Assembly: GCA_964016885.1 (NCBI GenBank)
Contig: OZ024741.1
Span: 166,346,001-166,410,000, forward strand
Direction of reading: 5' to 3'
Length of the DNA stretch: 64,000 nt
Source: Eledone cirrhosa
Lineage: Eukaryota
In this document: piece by piece, positions 35,369-48,712 of the stretch
How positions within the stretch are numbered: position 1 is the stretch's first letter
Layout: the number at the start of each line of letters is the position of its first letter
Made by a program: the position numbers and the translations under genes
The notes under the pieces: generated by a model
What the model was told of the DNA's origin: nothing
The model's database searches: none
Seen by the model: only the letters and a program-made list of their open reading frames with translations

Positions 35369-36060
35369 TCTGTCCCAGTCATTCATTGAGCAACATCGGT
35401 GAAGTTGGCACCCTTAACTCACAGTTGGGTGCATTCATGTATATATGTGTGTGACCGCATGTATCTGTGTGTTTCTAAATATATTAATAACTCCCTCTGG
35501 TCGAGCAATCTTTGAGGTGTGGGGACAACTGGAAAGCTTCCATTACTCATACTTCTCGCCTTCTTCACTACCTCTTCTACAGCCTCGATATGAATACCCC
35601 CTCCGCCTCCGTGGTATTTTCTTCGTGGTTATAAGAGGCTTAGCTCTGTTTCTCGACCGTTATATCGCGTGACTGTCTCCCCCTCCGCCTTTTGGGATTC
35701 TTTCTCACGTCGTGTAGACGCGTTCTTGAGACTAGTAAAATGAGGTATCCTCTTGATAAGTCGGCAGACCTCGCAGGGACTCTATATCTTTGATATATTG
35801 TTTTTGTTTATGCCACGAAACTACGTAGTCGAGGAATTTAGGAACAGTTTGGGTATGATACATTTTATTACTAATTATATCTAAATGTTTCTTCTCTCTT
35901 CATAATGTATTTTTAACTCTGATACTGGTTCAGTCTGGTTCAAACTGAATTAGTCTGTCCCAGTCATTCATTGAGCAACATCGGTGAAGTTGGCACCCTT
36001 AACTCACAGTTGGGTGCATTCATGTATATATGTGTGTGTCCGCATGTATCTGTGTGTTTC

Positions 36061-36068
<8 letters not shown>
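35363..36068. mobile_element. Small non-coding element with ~120-bp direct terminal repeats in (TA)n
   Basis: ATTAGTCTGTCCCAGTCATT...GTGTTTCTAAATATA at 35363-35483 and 35949-36068. Confidence 0.7.
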
Positions 36069-36091
<23 letters not shown>

Positions 36092-36097
<6 letters not shown>

Positions 36098-36525
36098 GAT
36101 AGTAAACAAATGGAAACTATATTTATAAAACCATATTTATTTCATTATACATATTTCAGGGATACCATATTAAAAATATGGCATGCCTTCGTCAGATAAA
36201 ATACAATATATAAACAGTTTTATAAATAATTTTGACGTACCATAAATATAAGCCACCATTAAGGGTCCTACCTTAATGGTGGCTTATATTTATGGTACGT
36301 CAAAATTATTTATAAAACTGTTTATATATTGTATTTTATCTGACGAAGGCATGCCATATTTTTAATATGGTATCCCTGAAATATGTATAATGAAATAAAT
36401 ATGGTTTTATAAATATAGTTTCCATTTGTTTACTATCGTATATCTACTCCAAAAACTTGTCGAGTGCTTTATATCGGTTATAAAATATTTACTTGTTGTA
36501 ACCCAACAATTTTAAATAAAACTTT

Positions 36526-36527
<2 letters not shown>
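36092..36527. mobile_element. Fold-back of the PLE terminal repeat (173-bp arms, 6-nt loop) with an HHR on each strand
   Basis: Arms 36092-36264 and 36271-36443, highly similar to 5400-5558. The right extension matches the PLE 5' UTR (2750-2845, reverse complement). Confidence 0.9.
36330..36400 (+). ncRNA. Type-I hammerhead ribozyme (mirror copy on the minus strand at 36135-36205)
   Basis: TATTTTAT-CTGACGA(36340)-AGGCATGCCATATT/AATATGGTATCCCT-GAAA(36378)-TATGTA-TA-ATGAAATA. Confidence 0.85.
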
Positions 36528-36587
<60 letters not shown>

Positions 36588-37020
36588 TATATATATAGAG
36601 ATATCGATATGGTGATCACCGATCTGTCCAGTTCCTTTGTCTATCAGCATATCAGGAAAAAATTATATATTTTCTATATATTTTGTCTGAGAAAATGTTT
36701 TGCTCTATGTTATACATAAAACTTTGCACCTTCGAAATATATATAATGAAATAAATAGAGATGATATAAAGTATATATCTTTCGTTTATTACTATTATAT
36801 ATATATATGTGTGTGTGTGTGTGTATGTATGTGTGTCTGTTTGTGTGTGCGTGTATACATATGTATAAATATATATATATATGTATATATACATATATAT
36901 ATATGTATGTATATATATATATAAATATATATATGTATGTATGTATGTATATATTTATATATAAATATATATATATATATATAAATATATATATATACAT
37001 ATACACATATACATATAAGC

Positions 37021-37061
<41 letters not shown>

Positions 37062-37063
<2 letters not shown>

Positions 37064-37214
37064 CGGAAGAAATGTGGTAAGGAACCAGGTGGACCATAAC
37101 GCACCAAAGTACTCAATACTTAGGGTAGTAGAGTGGGTAATAGGAACGAGTAGGACCCCGACGGCTGAGCTCAAGCCGTTTCGACGGCTAATTCTGGACC
37201 AGAGTTAGCCGTCG

Positions 37215-37283
<69 letters not shown>

Positions 37284-37473
37284 TATATAACGAAGGAAGT
37301 GTGGTAAGGAACCAGGTGGTCCATAACGCACCAGAGTACTCGATACTTAGGGTAGTAGAGTGGGTAATAAGAAAAGAGTCAGGATCTAGCTGTCGAAACA
37401 GCCGGAGCTCAATCGTCGGGGTCCTGACTCTTTTCCTATATATATATATAAGAGAGAAAGAGAGAGAGAGAGA

Positions 37474-37534
<61 letters not shown>

Positions 37535-37579
37535 AGCTGTCGAAACGGCTTGAGCTCAGCCGTCGGAGTCCTACTCGTT

Positions 37580-37583
<4 letters not shown>
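37062..37583. mobile_element. Cluster of family B HHR-derived mini-elements separated by (TA)n/(GA)n
   Basis: Copies at 37062-37218(-), 37289-37440(-) and 37531-37583(+). Confidence 0.85.
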
Positions 37584-37616
<33 letters not shown>

Positions 37617-38162
37617 ATACTTTGGGAGGTTCAGATAAAGAATCTTGCTAAACAAATTCAGAAACGAAATATATATATATATATATATACATATATATGT
37701 ATTATAAGATTGATTATAGAAAATAGAAAACCTAAAGCTATTAATAAAAGTATATCTAAATATATTTGATATTGTGATTGTCGTAAAAAAAAAGTTATTT
37801 CAGATTGTCGGATATTTCTTCACATGCGTCATATATAAAAATAAAAATCGACTCTGACCATAGAACATAGTTGAAATATGTTTATATTTATATTCGACAG
37901 AGTTTTTTTTTATATTTCACATGAAACAGAATGTCTACGCCATTACTAAATCAAAATCTGTCTGTTGATATATGAAAGTCTCCAGTGAACAATTGAATTG
38001 CTCTCACTAATACAGCGACAGACGGAGCTACTATTAGTTGGTTCGAAATTTGGCACAAGGCCAATAATTTGTTTGATGGATGAACTCGTGGATTTGGAGT
38101 CATTCTCAGCTCAAAGAAACAATTGTACCTAAGTGACAGCATAGTTAGTGTAATCTCTCTCT

Positions 38163-38234
<72 letters not shown>

Positions 38235-38247
38235 ATATATATATATA

Positions 38248-38398
38248 TAGGAAAAGAGTCAGGACCCCGACGGTTGAGCTCCGGCTGTTTCGACAGCTAG
38301 ATCCTGACTCTTTTCTTATTACCCACTCTACTACCCTAAGTATCGAGTACTCTGGTGCGTTATGGACCACCTGGTTCCTTACCACAATTCCTTCGTTA
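38248..38398 (+). mobile_element. Family B mini-element, inverted twin of 37289-37440
   Basis: Near-identical reverse complement including the adjacent (TA)n and (GA/CT)n. Confidence 0.85.
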
Positions 38399-38437
38399 TA
38401 TATATATATATAATGTATGTATATATATGTATGTATG

Positions 38438-38477
<40 letters not shown>

Positions 38478-38511
38478 TGTATGTATATATATATGTATGT
38501 ATATGTATGTG

Positions 38512-38549
<38 letters not shown>

Positions 38550-38585
38550 TGTATGTATATGTATGTATATATATATGTATGTATA

Positions 38586-38618
<33 letters not shown>

Positions 38619-39272
38619 TATTTCCTTTGTTAACACTTTGAATCTACCCGTCAAAAACCGGGGGTTGCTTCACTTGTTGGAAATAACACGTAACAACTAA
38701 ATGTTCGCTGCCTGCATTCTTAGCCGCCGCATTTAGCTTGTCCACTGCGATTTATGGCAGAACGGAATCCCTGTTGATGAAATGAATCCTCTGTTCGATC
38801 ATGGAATACCACGAGCGTGCCTGTTACGTAAGTTGGATAACTGATTTCGGATCCATAGAAACACTTTAAACGTATATCGTTTGATTTGTCCAGGTGTATC
38901 TTTTTAACCTGTTAGTTCTTTCGTTACTTTGGTATTGTGTGGTTGGGTTTTGCCTACCGCAATGTTCAATTTGTCAAGCTATTTAAACGTATTTTATTAC
39001 TCTAAGGACCTACCCTTATTGAGTGCTTTGCTAACTCATTCCTATTGTAGGTCGACTTTGCTTGCCCACAGCCAAAGCTTCGATTTTACTAAGCTTCCAC
39101 TTGTATATATATATATATTTAGGTCTGTTGGTTCACCACTGGATAGAACTGGTCATTCCGTATAGTCAACCGCGATATAATATTAGGAAAGGCACTCGAC
39201 GTAATGCAACTCATCAATCTTCGTTTATGTTGAATCTTGTTGGTGGTGCGAGAAAGGAGTTAATCATTACTG

Positions 39273-39671
39273 AGTAAAATGACAGGAGGCTGGACTGGTG
39301 ATATTCCTTCAAAATTTATTACAAACACTATGCACATTTCAATGACCAGCCGTAGGATCCTGGTAACATCATCAGGTTTTTATTATATAAAAGTTATATA
39401 ATAAAGGAATAATGGTAAACACAATCCAAGAGGCTGAAAAGCAGAGAGACTGGCCACAGCTGGCCCTGACCGCCTTCGGATCTTAAACATTTCTCTCTGC
39501 TTTTCAGCCTCTTGGATTGTGTTTATCATTATTCCTTTCTTATATTCCTCTATACAATAAACAACCGATGATGTCACCAGGATCCCACGGAACCTTGTCA
39601 TTGAAATGTGCATAGTGTTTGTAATAAATCTTTGACGGAATTTCACCAGTCCAGCCTTCTGTCATTTTACT
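39273..39671. mobile_element. Fold-back element with a hammerhead (intact core on the minus strand at ~39320-39385)
   Basis: Arms of ~175 bp. Minus strand reads AAAAAC-CTGATGA-TGTTACCAG...CTGGTCATT-GAAA-TGTGCA-TA-GTGTTT; the plus arm has the mutated core CCGATGA. Confidence 0.78.
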
Positions 39672-39734
39672 ATATATATATGCATACACACACACACGCC
39701 CCCCCCCCCCCCCCACACACACACACATATAAAG

Positions 39735-40028
39735 TTATAAAGTTAACTGTCTCTAATAGTTAGACATCTCAATGAAATGATTAGATATATTAATAAATTA
39801 TCTACTCAGAGATGTATTAAATATATTAAACTGAAACCATAATCTCCATTTGGGGCGGTTATAAGCTAGACACTAGGTCTACTAAAATAAGTCGGTCTCG
39901 CTTATATCTTCCCAAATAGAAATTTTGTGTTAAGTTTAATATATTTATACTTCTCTGAATAGATAATTTATTATATATCTTAACCTTTCATTGAGATGTC
40001 TAAGTATTAGAGATAGTTAACTTGATAA
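39735..40028. repeat. Diverged inverted repeat (~115-bp arms)
   Basis: AAGTTAACTGTCTCTAATAGTTAGACATCTCAATGAAA vs TTTCATTGAGATGTCTAAGTATTAGAGATAGTTAACTT. Confidence 0.8.
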
Positions 40029-40158
40029 ATTTATATTGCCTGGTCCCTCATGGTTGAGCATATTTAGACGCTTTTGGTTGGTGTTTCCAGCGTCAACATA
40101 GGCCCGTCGTATTACATCGAGTTCTCCTTCTCTCTCTGTCTCTCTCCCCTTCTCTCTC

Positions 40159-40214
<56 letters not shown>

Positions 40215-40700
40215 CTTGTGTTTCTCTTCATTCTCTCTCTCTTTTCCCCCTCTCTCTCTTTCAATCTCTCTTTTTCTCTATATAAATTTATATTGCCTGC
40301 TCCCTCATTGTTGAGCATATTTAGACGGTTTTAGCTGCTGTTTCCAGCGTCAACATAGGCCCGACGTGTTGTCGTATTACATCGTGTAGGATACATTTAT
40401 ATAGTAATTCAGCGACCCACCACATCAGATACCATTCGGTCAACAACCACATGGTATGTATGATATGTGTTCAAATTCTCTTATTCCAAAGAATTCTCTC
40501 CCGATGATGGAATTGCAATTCTTCCAATATTGGTTATTCCAATGTATTGGAATGATTAGCATTGTTTCTTGAATTCCAGAAACCATGGTCGGGGAACTGT
40601 ATGAGTAAAACCCACTTGTTTTAGTCGGTTTAGACATTCTGGGTTGTTTTATATATATATATGAATATATATATATATGAATATATATATATATATATAT

Positions 40701-40880
40701 GAAAATGTTAGACGCCGACGGCAGAGCTCAAGCCGTTTCGAAGGCTAATTCTGGACAGCGAAACAGCTTGAGCTCTACCGTCGGGTCTAACATTTTCCTT
40801 TTACCCACTCTACTACCCTAAGTATTGAGTACTCTGGTGCGTTATGGTCCATCTGGTTCCTTACCACACCTCCTTCGTTA
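40701..40880 (+). mobile_element. Family B mini-element (variant) in (TA)n
   Basis: Palindromic head plus the shared TTACCCACTCTACTACC...CCTTCGTTA tail. Confidence 0.85.
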
Positions 40881-40904
40881 TATATATATATATATATATA
40901 TATA

Positions 40905-42546
40905 TGTAGCGAAATCTGTTCATGCCTTGAACCTTGGGTGACACCTAAAGGTCAAACTCTAGGTCACCACCCTTTTGGTGTGAAGAGGTTCATGCGTGGG
41001 CTATCCCCCTCAAGGTGGGAGACAGAAAGCGACAAGTATATAAAGCCTGTATCATCCCACGTTTATAGAGAGCGATCGGAGCAGTACGCTATTACAAGTT
41101 ATGTGGAACATTCACCACTGTCTACAAGGGCACAATGGTCTACAGTCAATTACATGTTATAATCATTCTAACAACTAATATCAACAATTACTACTAATAC
41201 CCTTGGTTAATTGGTGAACCCGACGTGATATATATAAAAAAAATATGAAGTGGTATTTTAAAAACAGAAAAAAACACGCAAACTTTTTTTCAACATGGCC
41301 AACATCTAACAATTTTCTCCACAATATATAATTACCAAGCTTCTCATCTATGTGGTACGATATGATAAAACTTCACTTTTTCAAATTATTCACCACAAAT
41401 TTCCATTTTACGGAATATTTACAATGACTTCGCTTTGATTTTTCGATTCATTACCAAACATTTCACCACGTGCTTCGTAATCTCCAACAACAACAACAGA
41501 CAATACTACTAGCTTCCTAGCAAGAAAACGATCACATAAAGAAGAGGAAACTGAACTTTTTGTAAAGAACAATTATGTAAATATATATATATTTTTTTTT
41601 TACAGGTTATATATGAACGTTCATTTTTATGTTTTTTATTCGTTTTACTGTATTATACGCCTGTATGAATATACACGTTTTGCATCAAACACACATCATT
41701 TTCTTTGTCACACACCAACATGTTTTTGTCTATGGTATATTCTGGATTCGGTTGAGTCTCAGTGAGATCACTTTTCAACTGGTCGAGGTACGGCAACAGC
41801 TATTAAAAACATGAGAATCAATCCAGTGTTACTTTTCGCTTGGACTCACTCAAGCACGCCTGGACTCACTCAGGCACGCCTGGACTCACTCAGGCACGCA
41901 ACTCAAAATTGCACACACTCATGTCATAGCGTAAACCTCGATTCACTGGAAGAGAGTCTTACGTATGATGATACATCGAGAGAAATAGTCCTCTGTGTTA
42001 TCATATCGTAATCCGATACCGTAACCCCAACATTCAGCCATCCATACACAACAGTTCGAAATACATATATTTACAGTTTCTTCTAAATGTTACATACACA
42101 CATGCATACACAGTTAGACGATTTTTTTTTCTCTCTCCAAATTTCTCTACTCTCGAAATGCGGGCGCAGTACCCATATTTTGTGTGTTTTGGGACACGCT
42201 TCTAGAGTCAGATTTCGCTACCCCTTTTATAATCGATCACTGCTCTTGCATCCATCTGAGTAGGGAACTAATGTAGCGAAATCTGTCAACGCCTTGAACC
42301 TTGGGTGACACCTAAAGGTCAAACTCTAGGTCACCACCCTTTTGGTGTGAAGAGGTTCATGCGTGGGCTATAGCACTCAAGGTGGGAGACAGAAAGTGAC
42401 AAGTATATAAAGCCTGTATATTCTCACGTTATATACAGAGCGATCGGAGCAGTACGCAATTACAAGCTATGTGAAAGATTCACCGCTGTCTACAGGCCAC
42501 AATGATCTACAGTCAATTACAGACCATTCAGAGGTCTACAGACCAT

Positions 42547-42609
<63 letters not shown>

Positions 42610-42619
42610 TCTCTCTCCC

Positions 42620-42661
<42 letters not shown>

Positions 42662-42875
42662 GGTTGCAGACTACACCAGCCTCATGAACCAACACCAAAA
42701 TAACATTGTCAACCTTCGCAACTCATGGTAACTTGTTTATTCTTCTTTTGAACTGAAGTGAAGTAAACCATTTAGATATAAAGTAAATCAGCCATTCTTG
42801 TTATTTCATCTAACAACCATGTTATAATCATTCTAACAACTAATATCAACAATTACTACTAATACCCTTCATTAA
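40905..42875 (+). mobile_element. Non-autonomous LTR retroelement (Gypsy-like, TRIM/LARD type)
   Basis: LTRs 40905-41210 and 42272-42875 (TGTAGC...TTAA), tRNA-Trp PBS at 41212, purine tract GAGTAGGGAA before the 3' LTR, no internal ORF, TA-repeat flanks. Confidence 0.88.
41212..41229 (+). promoter_or_regulatory. Primer-binding site complementary to the tRNA-Trp 3' end
   Basis: TGGTGAACCCGACGTGAT versus the canonical TGGTGACCCCGACGTGAT (1 mismatch), directly after the 5' LTR. Confidence 0.85.
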
Positions 42876-42992
42876 ATATATATATACATATTTAATTAGA
42901 AAGTGAACAGCACAATATATAACTACCCCATTACAAAAGGTTTCAGGACCCCCAAAAATATTAACATACGTCTGGGTCGTTCATTCGGAAAT

Positions 42993-43055
<63 letters not shown>

Positions 43056-43056
<1 letters not shown>

Positions 43057-43232
43057 GAAAAGACAGCTAGATCCGAACTAACCCAGCAGTCTGGGTTAGT
43101 TCGGATCTAGCTGTCGGAACGGCCAGAGCTCAGCCGTCGGGGTCCTGACTCTTTCCCTATTACCCACTTTACTGCCCTAAGTATCGAGTACTCTGGTGCG
43201 TTATGGTCCACCAGGTTCTTTACCACACTTCT
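43056..43232 (+). mobile_element. Family B element retaining a degenerate hammerhead with a long stem II
   Basis: TGAAAA-[25-bp perfect stem, CAGT loop]-GGAA-CGGCCAGAGCTCAGCCG-TC-GGGGTCC. Confidence 0.75.
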
Positions 43233-43323
43233 TTTGTTAATGTGTATGTGTATATATGTATTTATGTATTATGTATGTGTGTATGAATACATATATGTAT
43301 ATATATATAAATGTGTGCGTCTA

Positions 43324-43376
<53 letters not shown>

Positions 43377-43755
43377 GCACACACATATACGCACACACAT
43401 AGACGCACACACACACACGCACATTTATATATATACATATATGTATTCATACACACATACATAATACATAAATACATATATGCACATACACATTAATTAA
43501 TACGATCATATTTGATTAATGAAAGGAAATCAGAGCATACTGACTTCTTTCATTCTTAATATTGTAAACATTACGAATGAGATGTTACAGTTGTCATAAT
43601 CCCAAACGTGTACTCAAACATTATTACATACGAATTTCAATAATTTCTATACCAACATTCTACTTAAACTTGCATCACCCAGTACCACCTGGTTTCCCAT
43701 GCCTCCGTATCACAAGCTTTCATAAATATTAAAACACACACGCACTCACACTCAC

Positions 43756-43847
<92 letters not shown>

Positions 43848-44383
43848 TCCCCTTCGCTGTGACCTGTCTTTTTCTCTTCCTTTAGTGCTATCCTCTTTCT
43901 CTCTCCCCGTTCTCTCTCCTTCTCCCTCTTACTTTCACTCACCCCCTCTGCTAGTCACCCTCTCTCGGCTAGCCTCTCCCTCACACTTTCACTCACCCAC
44001 TCTCTGCTACTCACCCTCTCTCTCACTTCCTCCATCGTCCCACACCGTACGAGATTCTTTCCTCGCTCACATCCGCACGGCAAAGATGTGTCTTTGCCTT
44101 CTCGTCAATATTCGCACGTTCTTATGTTCGAAATGAATTATTGACTTGATTTTCTCATTTTTTCCTCTCTTTACGTTGCCTCACCATTCGTGTTTGTTTA
44201 CCGGTCTCTCTTTCTCCACCCAACTCTTTTTATCCCAATAACTTATTTTAGTTATTGTATCGCCCTAGCTGGAGGAATATGGTCTGTAATGCGAATAAAT
44301 ACCTATGATGGCTAGTAGACAACTGATGACGGATATTCCTGGCTTCTATTTCTAATTCTTTATTTATTATTATATATATATAT

Positions 44384-44576
44384 AGGGCGGTGGATTGGTA
44401 GTATCGCTAGAGGGTCGGACACCATGCCTTGCAACATAGAGTTACGGCCCTTTATGATCTAAGTTCAAATCTCGCCGAGGTTAACTTTGCCTCTCCTCCT
44501 TACGGGGTCGATAAAATAAAGTACCAGTAATGCACTGGGATAATTGGTGGCCCTGTGCCAAAAGTAGAAACAATTA
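44384..44576 (+). mobile_element. SINE family A
   Basis: Full-length match to the other copies. Confidence 0.9.
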
Positions 44577-44580
44577 TTAT

Positions 44581-44615
<35 letters not shown>

Positions 44616-45339
44616 ACAAGTATTTCGTATACATTAATACACACACACACACACATCTATATATATTTATTTCTTTACTTTTATCCTCATTAACACTTCT
44701 CAAGACACACACCCACATACCAGCTTTAGATCAGTTTGACAATCGCCACCGACGAATGCGACAACATTCTCCAGAAAATTAACCTGGATTTTTTAAAAAA
44801 ATTTCCACCGAAGTTAACAAAGGACTTATTAGATCTACATAGCAAAATTATAAAATGATAAAATTAAATTGATATAGAATACCAACTACAAGTGAAGTCA
44901 TTCTTTTCCTTTTTTCAAATATATATATATATATTTATTAATTAATTATACTATTTATGGTTATGTAAATACAATAACCTTTTGCAGTTATATATATTTT
45001 TTTATACAAACCTTAAATAGTGGTAGGCAGTAATATATTACTACCTTATTACCAGTAAGTTAAGTAGCTCAATGTAAAAACATCAGATGATTTACAGAGC
45101 AGTTATATGAAATATAAGAATCAAAGAACTGTTCAAAACATTTTTATGCTTACAACTGTTTCCTCCAAACCGAGGTTTGGACTCTTCGGAGCAATTTATT
45201 AATGAATGAACACTTATATGACCTCCTTTTCACCCAAGAGACATACAGATACATATGCAAATATTGTGGGTCAACATTCATTACAGCATTTATATATATA
45301 TGTATGTATATATATGACGGCGTTGAATTTGTTTTGCGA

Positions 45340-46175
45340 GGTTTTTTATATGAAATCGTGTGTCGAAATAAATATTGTTATACTTGGGGGGGGGGGGGGA
45401 TATTGTTTTAATAATATTGCCAGAAATAATAACAGAACACACTGTTTGGTTGGTTTTCGCTTCTGTATCTTTTATATCTCCACAGTTAATTCATTCGGTC
45501 CTCAATGTTTAACATTGACTGACCAACGGTCAAAAATACAGATATAATATAGATATAAATACATATATATATATACAGTCTAACAAAGTTCTTTCGTTGC
45601 ACATCTGCAACATCATCAGTGGTACTATTATGTTCCTCCTGTTGTCTACGCCATTTTTATTTTATCTGTTTATTTATTAATTTATTTATTGTCTTCTTCT
45701 CTGCGCATGCGTTTGCGTGTGTCTATAGTGTTTGCTGTGTGTGTTCGCGTTTGGGTGACTGTGTTTTGGTTATTGTATTCTATCTTAGTTTATTAGTGTT
45801 TGTTTATATGTGTTTGTTGTTATTGTGAATATATTTCTTTATTTATTTATTTATTTATATTTCTCTTAAGTCAGTATTGTTTGTTTGAGTATTGTTGTTA
45901 TTCCATTCATTTTTTTCTGTTTAGCTTTGGCCTTCTAAGCTCTATTTCGCTTGCCTCTCTGATTTGCCAATCTGCTGGGTCATTTCTATGTTTAGATATT
46001 ATTTTAATTTCTATGTTGTCTATGTTACCATCATGTTGATTTCTGGTGTGTTCGTATAGTACCTGGAGCAAATAATCTTACTTATATTGATTATTTGCTC
46101 AACAGTTCCTGGAGCAAATAATCTTACTTTTATTGATTATTTGCTCCAGGAACTGTTGAATGCTCTTAATCAGCT
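45340..46175 (+). mobile_element. Diverged relative of the 5964 element (probable PLE terminal repeat) with a duplicated hairpin
   Basis: Shares ATATTGTTATACTT, CAAAGTTCTTTCGT and CTGCGCATGCG blocks; ends with a hairpin at 46101-46159 and the motif ACTGTTGAATGCT. Confidence 0.55.
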
Positions 46176-46605
46176 ATAAACATTTATACCTTTATATTTT
46201 TTATTTGTCGTATGCCCTACTATTTGAATACCACTTCCTTCCCTTTATTTTTATTTTGTGTGTGTATGTATGTATATATATATATATATGTATAAATATG
46301 GTAATAATGATGGCTGCCCGTTGCAAATGGTGGTGCATATGAAAAAGTGAGTCCTTCATCAGTGACCCTCCAACCGTCCCAGGCATTTCATCGCTTTAAG
46401 GGCCATATGCCTCAGGTTGGTGCGAACAACGGCTAAAAAAAGTCGTTGGGACACGTAAATAAAGGGGACGTTAGGGTAACAAACAAAATGGTTTAAGCAA
46501 CGGAAAGTGAGAAGAAATAGACAAGTCCCAGATCTCTATGAATATAAACTCGGTGAAATCGTGAACATATGTATATATACATGCATATGTATATATGTGT
46601 ATGTG

Positions 46606-46642
<37 letters not shown>

Positions 46643-46729
46643 ACATAAAATTGAAAATAAATTTTCATGTATTTCTTTTATATATATATATGTGTATATG
46701 TGTGTGTATAATTATGTATATGTGTGCGT

Positions 46730-46779
<50 letters not shown>

Positions 46780-46822
46780 ATGTGTGTATATGTGTCTATA
46801 TATATATATATATATTTACATG

Positions 46823-46896
<74 letters not shown>

Positions 46897-47194
46897 GGGG
46901 GGGCGTGTGTACGTACTAATGCGTATGTGTGTATGAAACTTTATAGTTTATATTTGTTTTTATCTTTAAGAAATGTTTACTATATGTGTGTATGTGGTTG
47001 TATACATTTATGTGTGCGTGTATATGTATTTGTATCTATATACTCTTTTGTGTCTGTGCTGTGTTTATATGTATGGGGTGTGCTTGTATAATTTTTATGT
47101 ATGCGTATGTGTGTGTGTATTATATATATGTGTGTGTATGTGTATGTGTGTGTGTGTATTTACACATGTGTATATATATATATATATATGCAGA

Positions 47195-47788
47195 GGTTAT
47201 ATTTAATTTGTTGGGATTCAACAAGCTTAAAATTTTTTTATAACTGATATAAAGCACTCAACAAGTTAGTGGAGTAAATACACAATATATTAATAAATGG
47301 AAACTATATTTATAAAACCATATTTATTTTATTATACATATTTCAAGGGCCACCAAGGCAAATTCTGGTGCGCCTTTATCAGATAAAATACAGATTTGTT
47401 TTATAAATAAATATTGACATACCCGGAAAAAAAGACAACCTTAACGGTTGGAGCTTCCTGGATAGTGGAGATATTACATTTATTGAGGGTGATAGAAAAT
47501 TATGAGTTTAATTTAAATAAACCGTTATCTTTTCAACCTTTGGGACACTCATTTGCATACTCACTCATAATTTTGTGTCACCCTCAATAAATGTAATATC
47601 TCCACTATCCAGGAAGCTCCAACCGTTAAGGTTGTCTTTTTTTCCGGGTATGTCAATATTTATTTATAAAACAAATCTGTATTTTATCTGATGAAAGCGC
47701 ACCATAATTTGTCTTGGTGGCCCTTGAAATATGTATAATAAAATAAATATGGTTTTATAAATATAGTTTCCATTTATTTATATATTGT
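47195..47788. mobile_element. PLE terminal-repeat fold-back (~225-bp arms, ~55-nt spacer) with hammerheads
   Basis: Arms ~47283-47507 and ~47563-47788; the left extension is homologous to the PLE 5' UTR at 2760-2845. Confidence 0.87.
47678..47748 (+). ncRNA. Type-I hammerhead ribozyme
   Basis: TATTTTAT-CTGATGA(47688)-AAGCGCACCA...TGGTGGCCCTT-GAAA(47726)-TATGTA-TA-ATAAAATA. The mirror copy has the mutated core CTGATAA. Confidence 0.8.
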
Positions 47789-48087
47789 ATATATATATAT
47801 GTGTGTGTGTATATATATATATATATATAAAATAATACAACCAATTATCTACGAAATACTGATTAGTTAGCACCCCAAACACTAAATTGGGATAATACTT
47901 TTAGTATATCTTAATGTTTGTTGAGTGAGATGGAGTTGGTCGGAGTATCGCTTAAGGCTTTCTCTGTTTATGTATTGTATATATATATATATATTTAGTT
48001 ATGTAATAAACAACATAAGGCAATTATTCCATTTACCAGTGGTTTCTAAAAAGGTTTTAGAATCCAATATCAATAAATACACCAGGA

Positions 48088-48153
48088 TTTTTTCATTCTG
48101 ATGATTGAAAGCAAAATTTTTTGCTTTTAAGAAACCACTGGTAAATGGAATAA
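48088..48153 (+). ncRNA. Type-I hammerhead ribozyme
   Basis: TTTCATT-CTGATGA(48098)-TTGAAAGCAAA/TTTGCTTTTAA-GAAA(48131)-CC ACT GG-TA-AATGGAA. Confidence 0.87.
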
Positions 48154-48679
48154 TTGCCTTATGTTGTTTATTACATAACTATTAAGCTCTGTTACCTACA
48201 TAGAGCACTCTTTTTTCCTGGACTTTTCCGACGGAATTACTTCATTTACACATATATATATATATATATTTTTATATATATATATTTAGTTTTTTTTTTG
48301 TGCATTTGCTTACCACGTGCGTTTGGTCATTTATTATTATTATTATTATTATTAATTTATTTTAAATTTTGCCGTCTTGTATCGCTGTCAACTTAATAAT
48401 ATTTTTTTTTTTAATTTTATTTTTTTTTTTTTTATTTTATTTATTTTTTTTATTATTTTTTTTTTTTTTTTTTTTTTTTTTATTAATCCTTATCTTTTAT
48501 GTGACGTCCGATTATGATTATTTATTCTTATTTTGTGTGTTCATATGTATCCGTTTATATGTGAGTACGTATGCATGTGTGTGTATATATATGTGTGTGT
48601 GTGTATGTGTGTGTGTATATATATGTATATATATATATGTATATATATATATATGTATGTGTGTGCATGTATATATATG

Positions 48680-48712
<33 letters not shown>

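Noticed and set aside
40440-40637. 65-aa ORF
   Set aside because: No recognisable motif; lies among repeat fragments.
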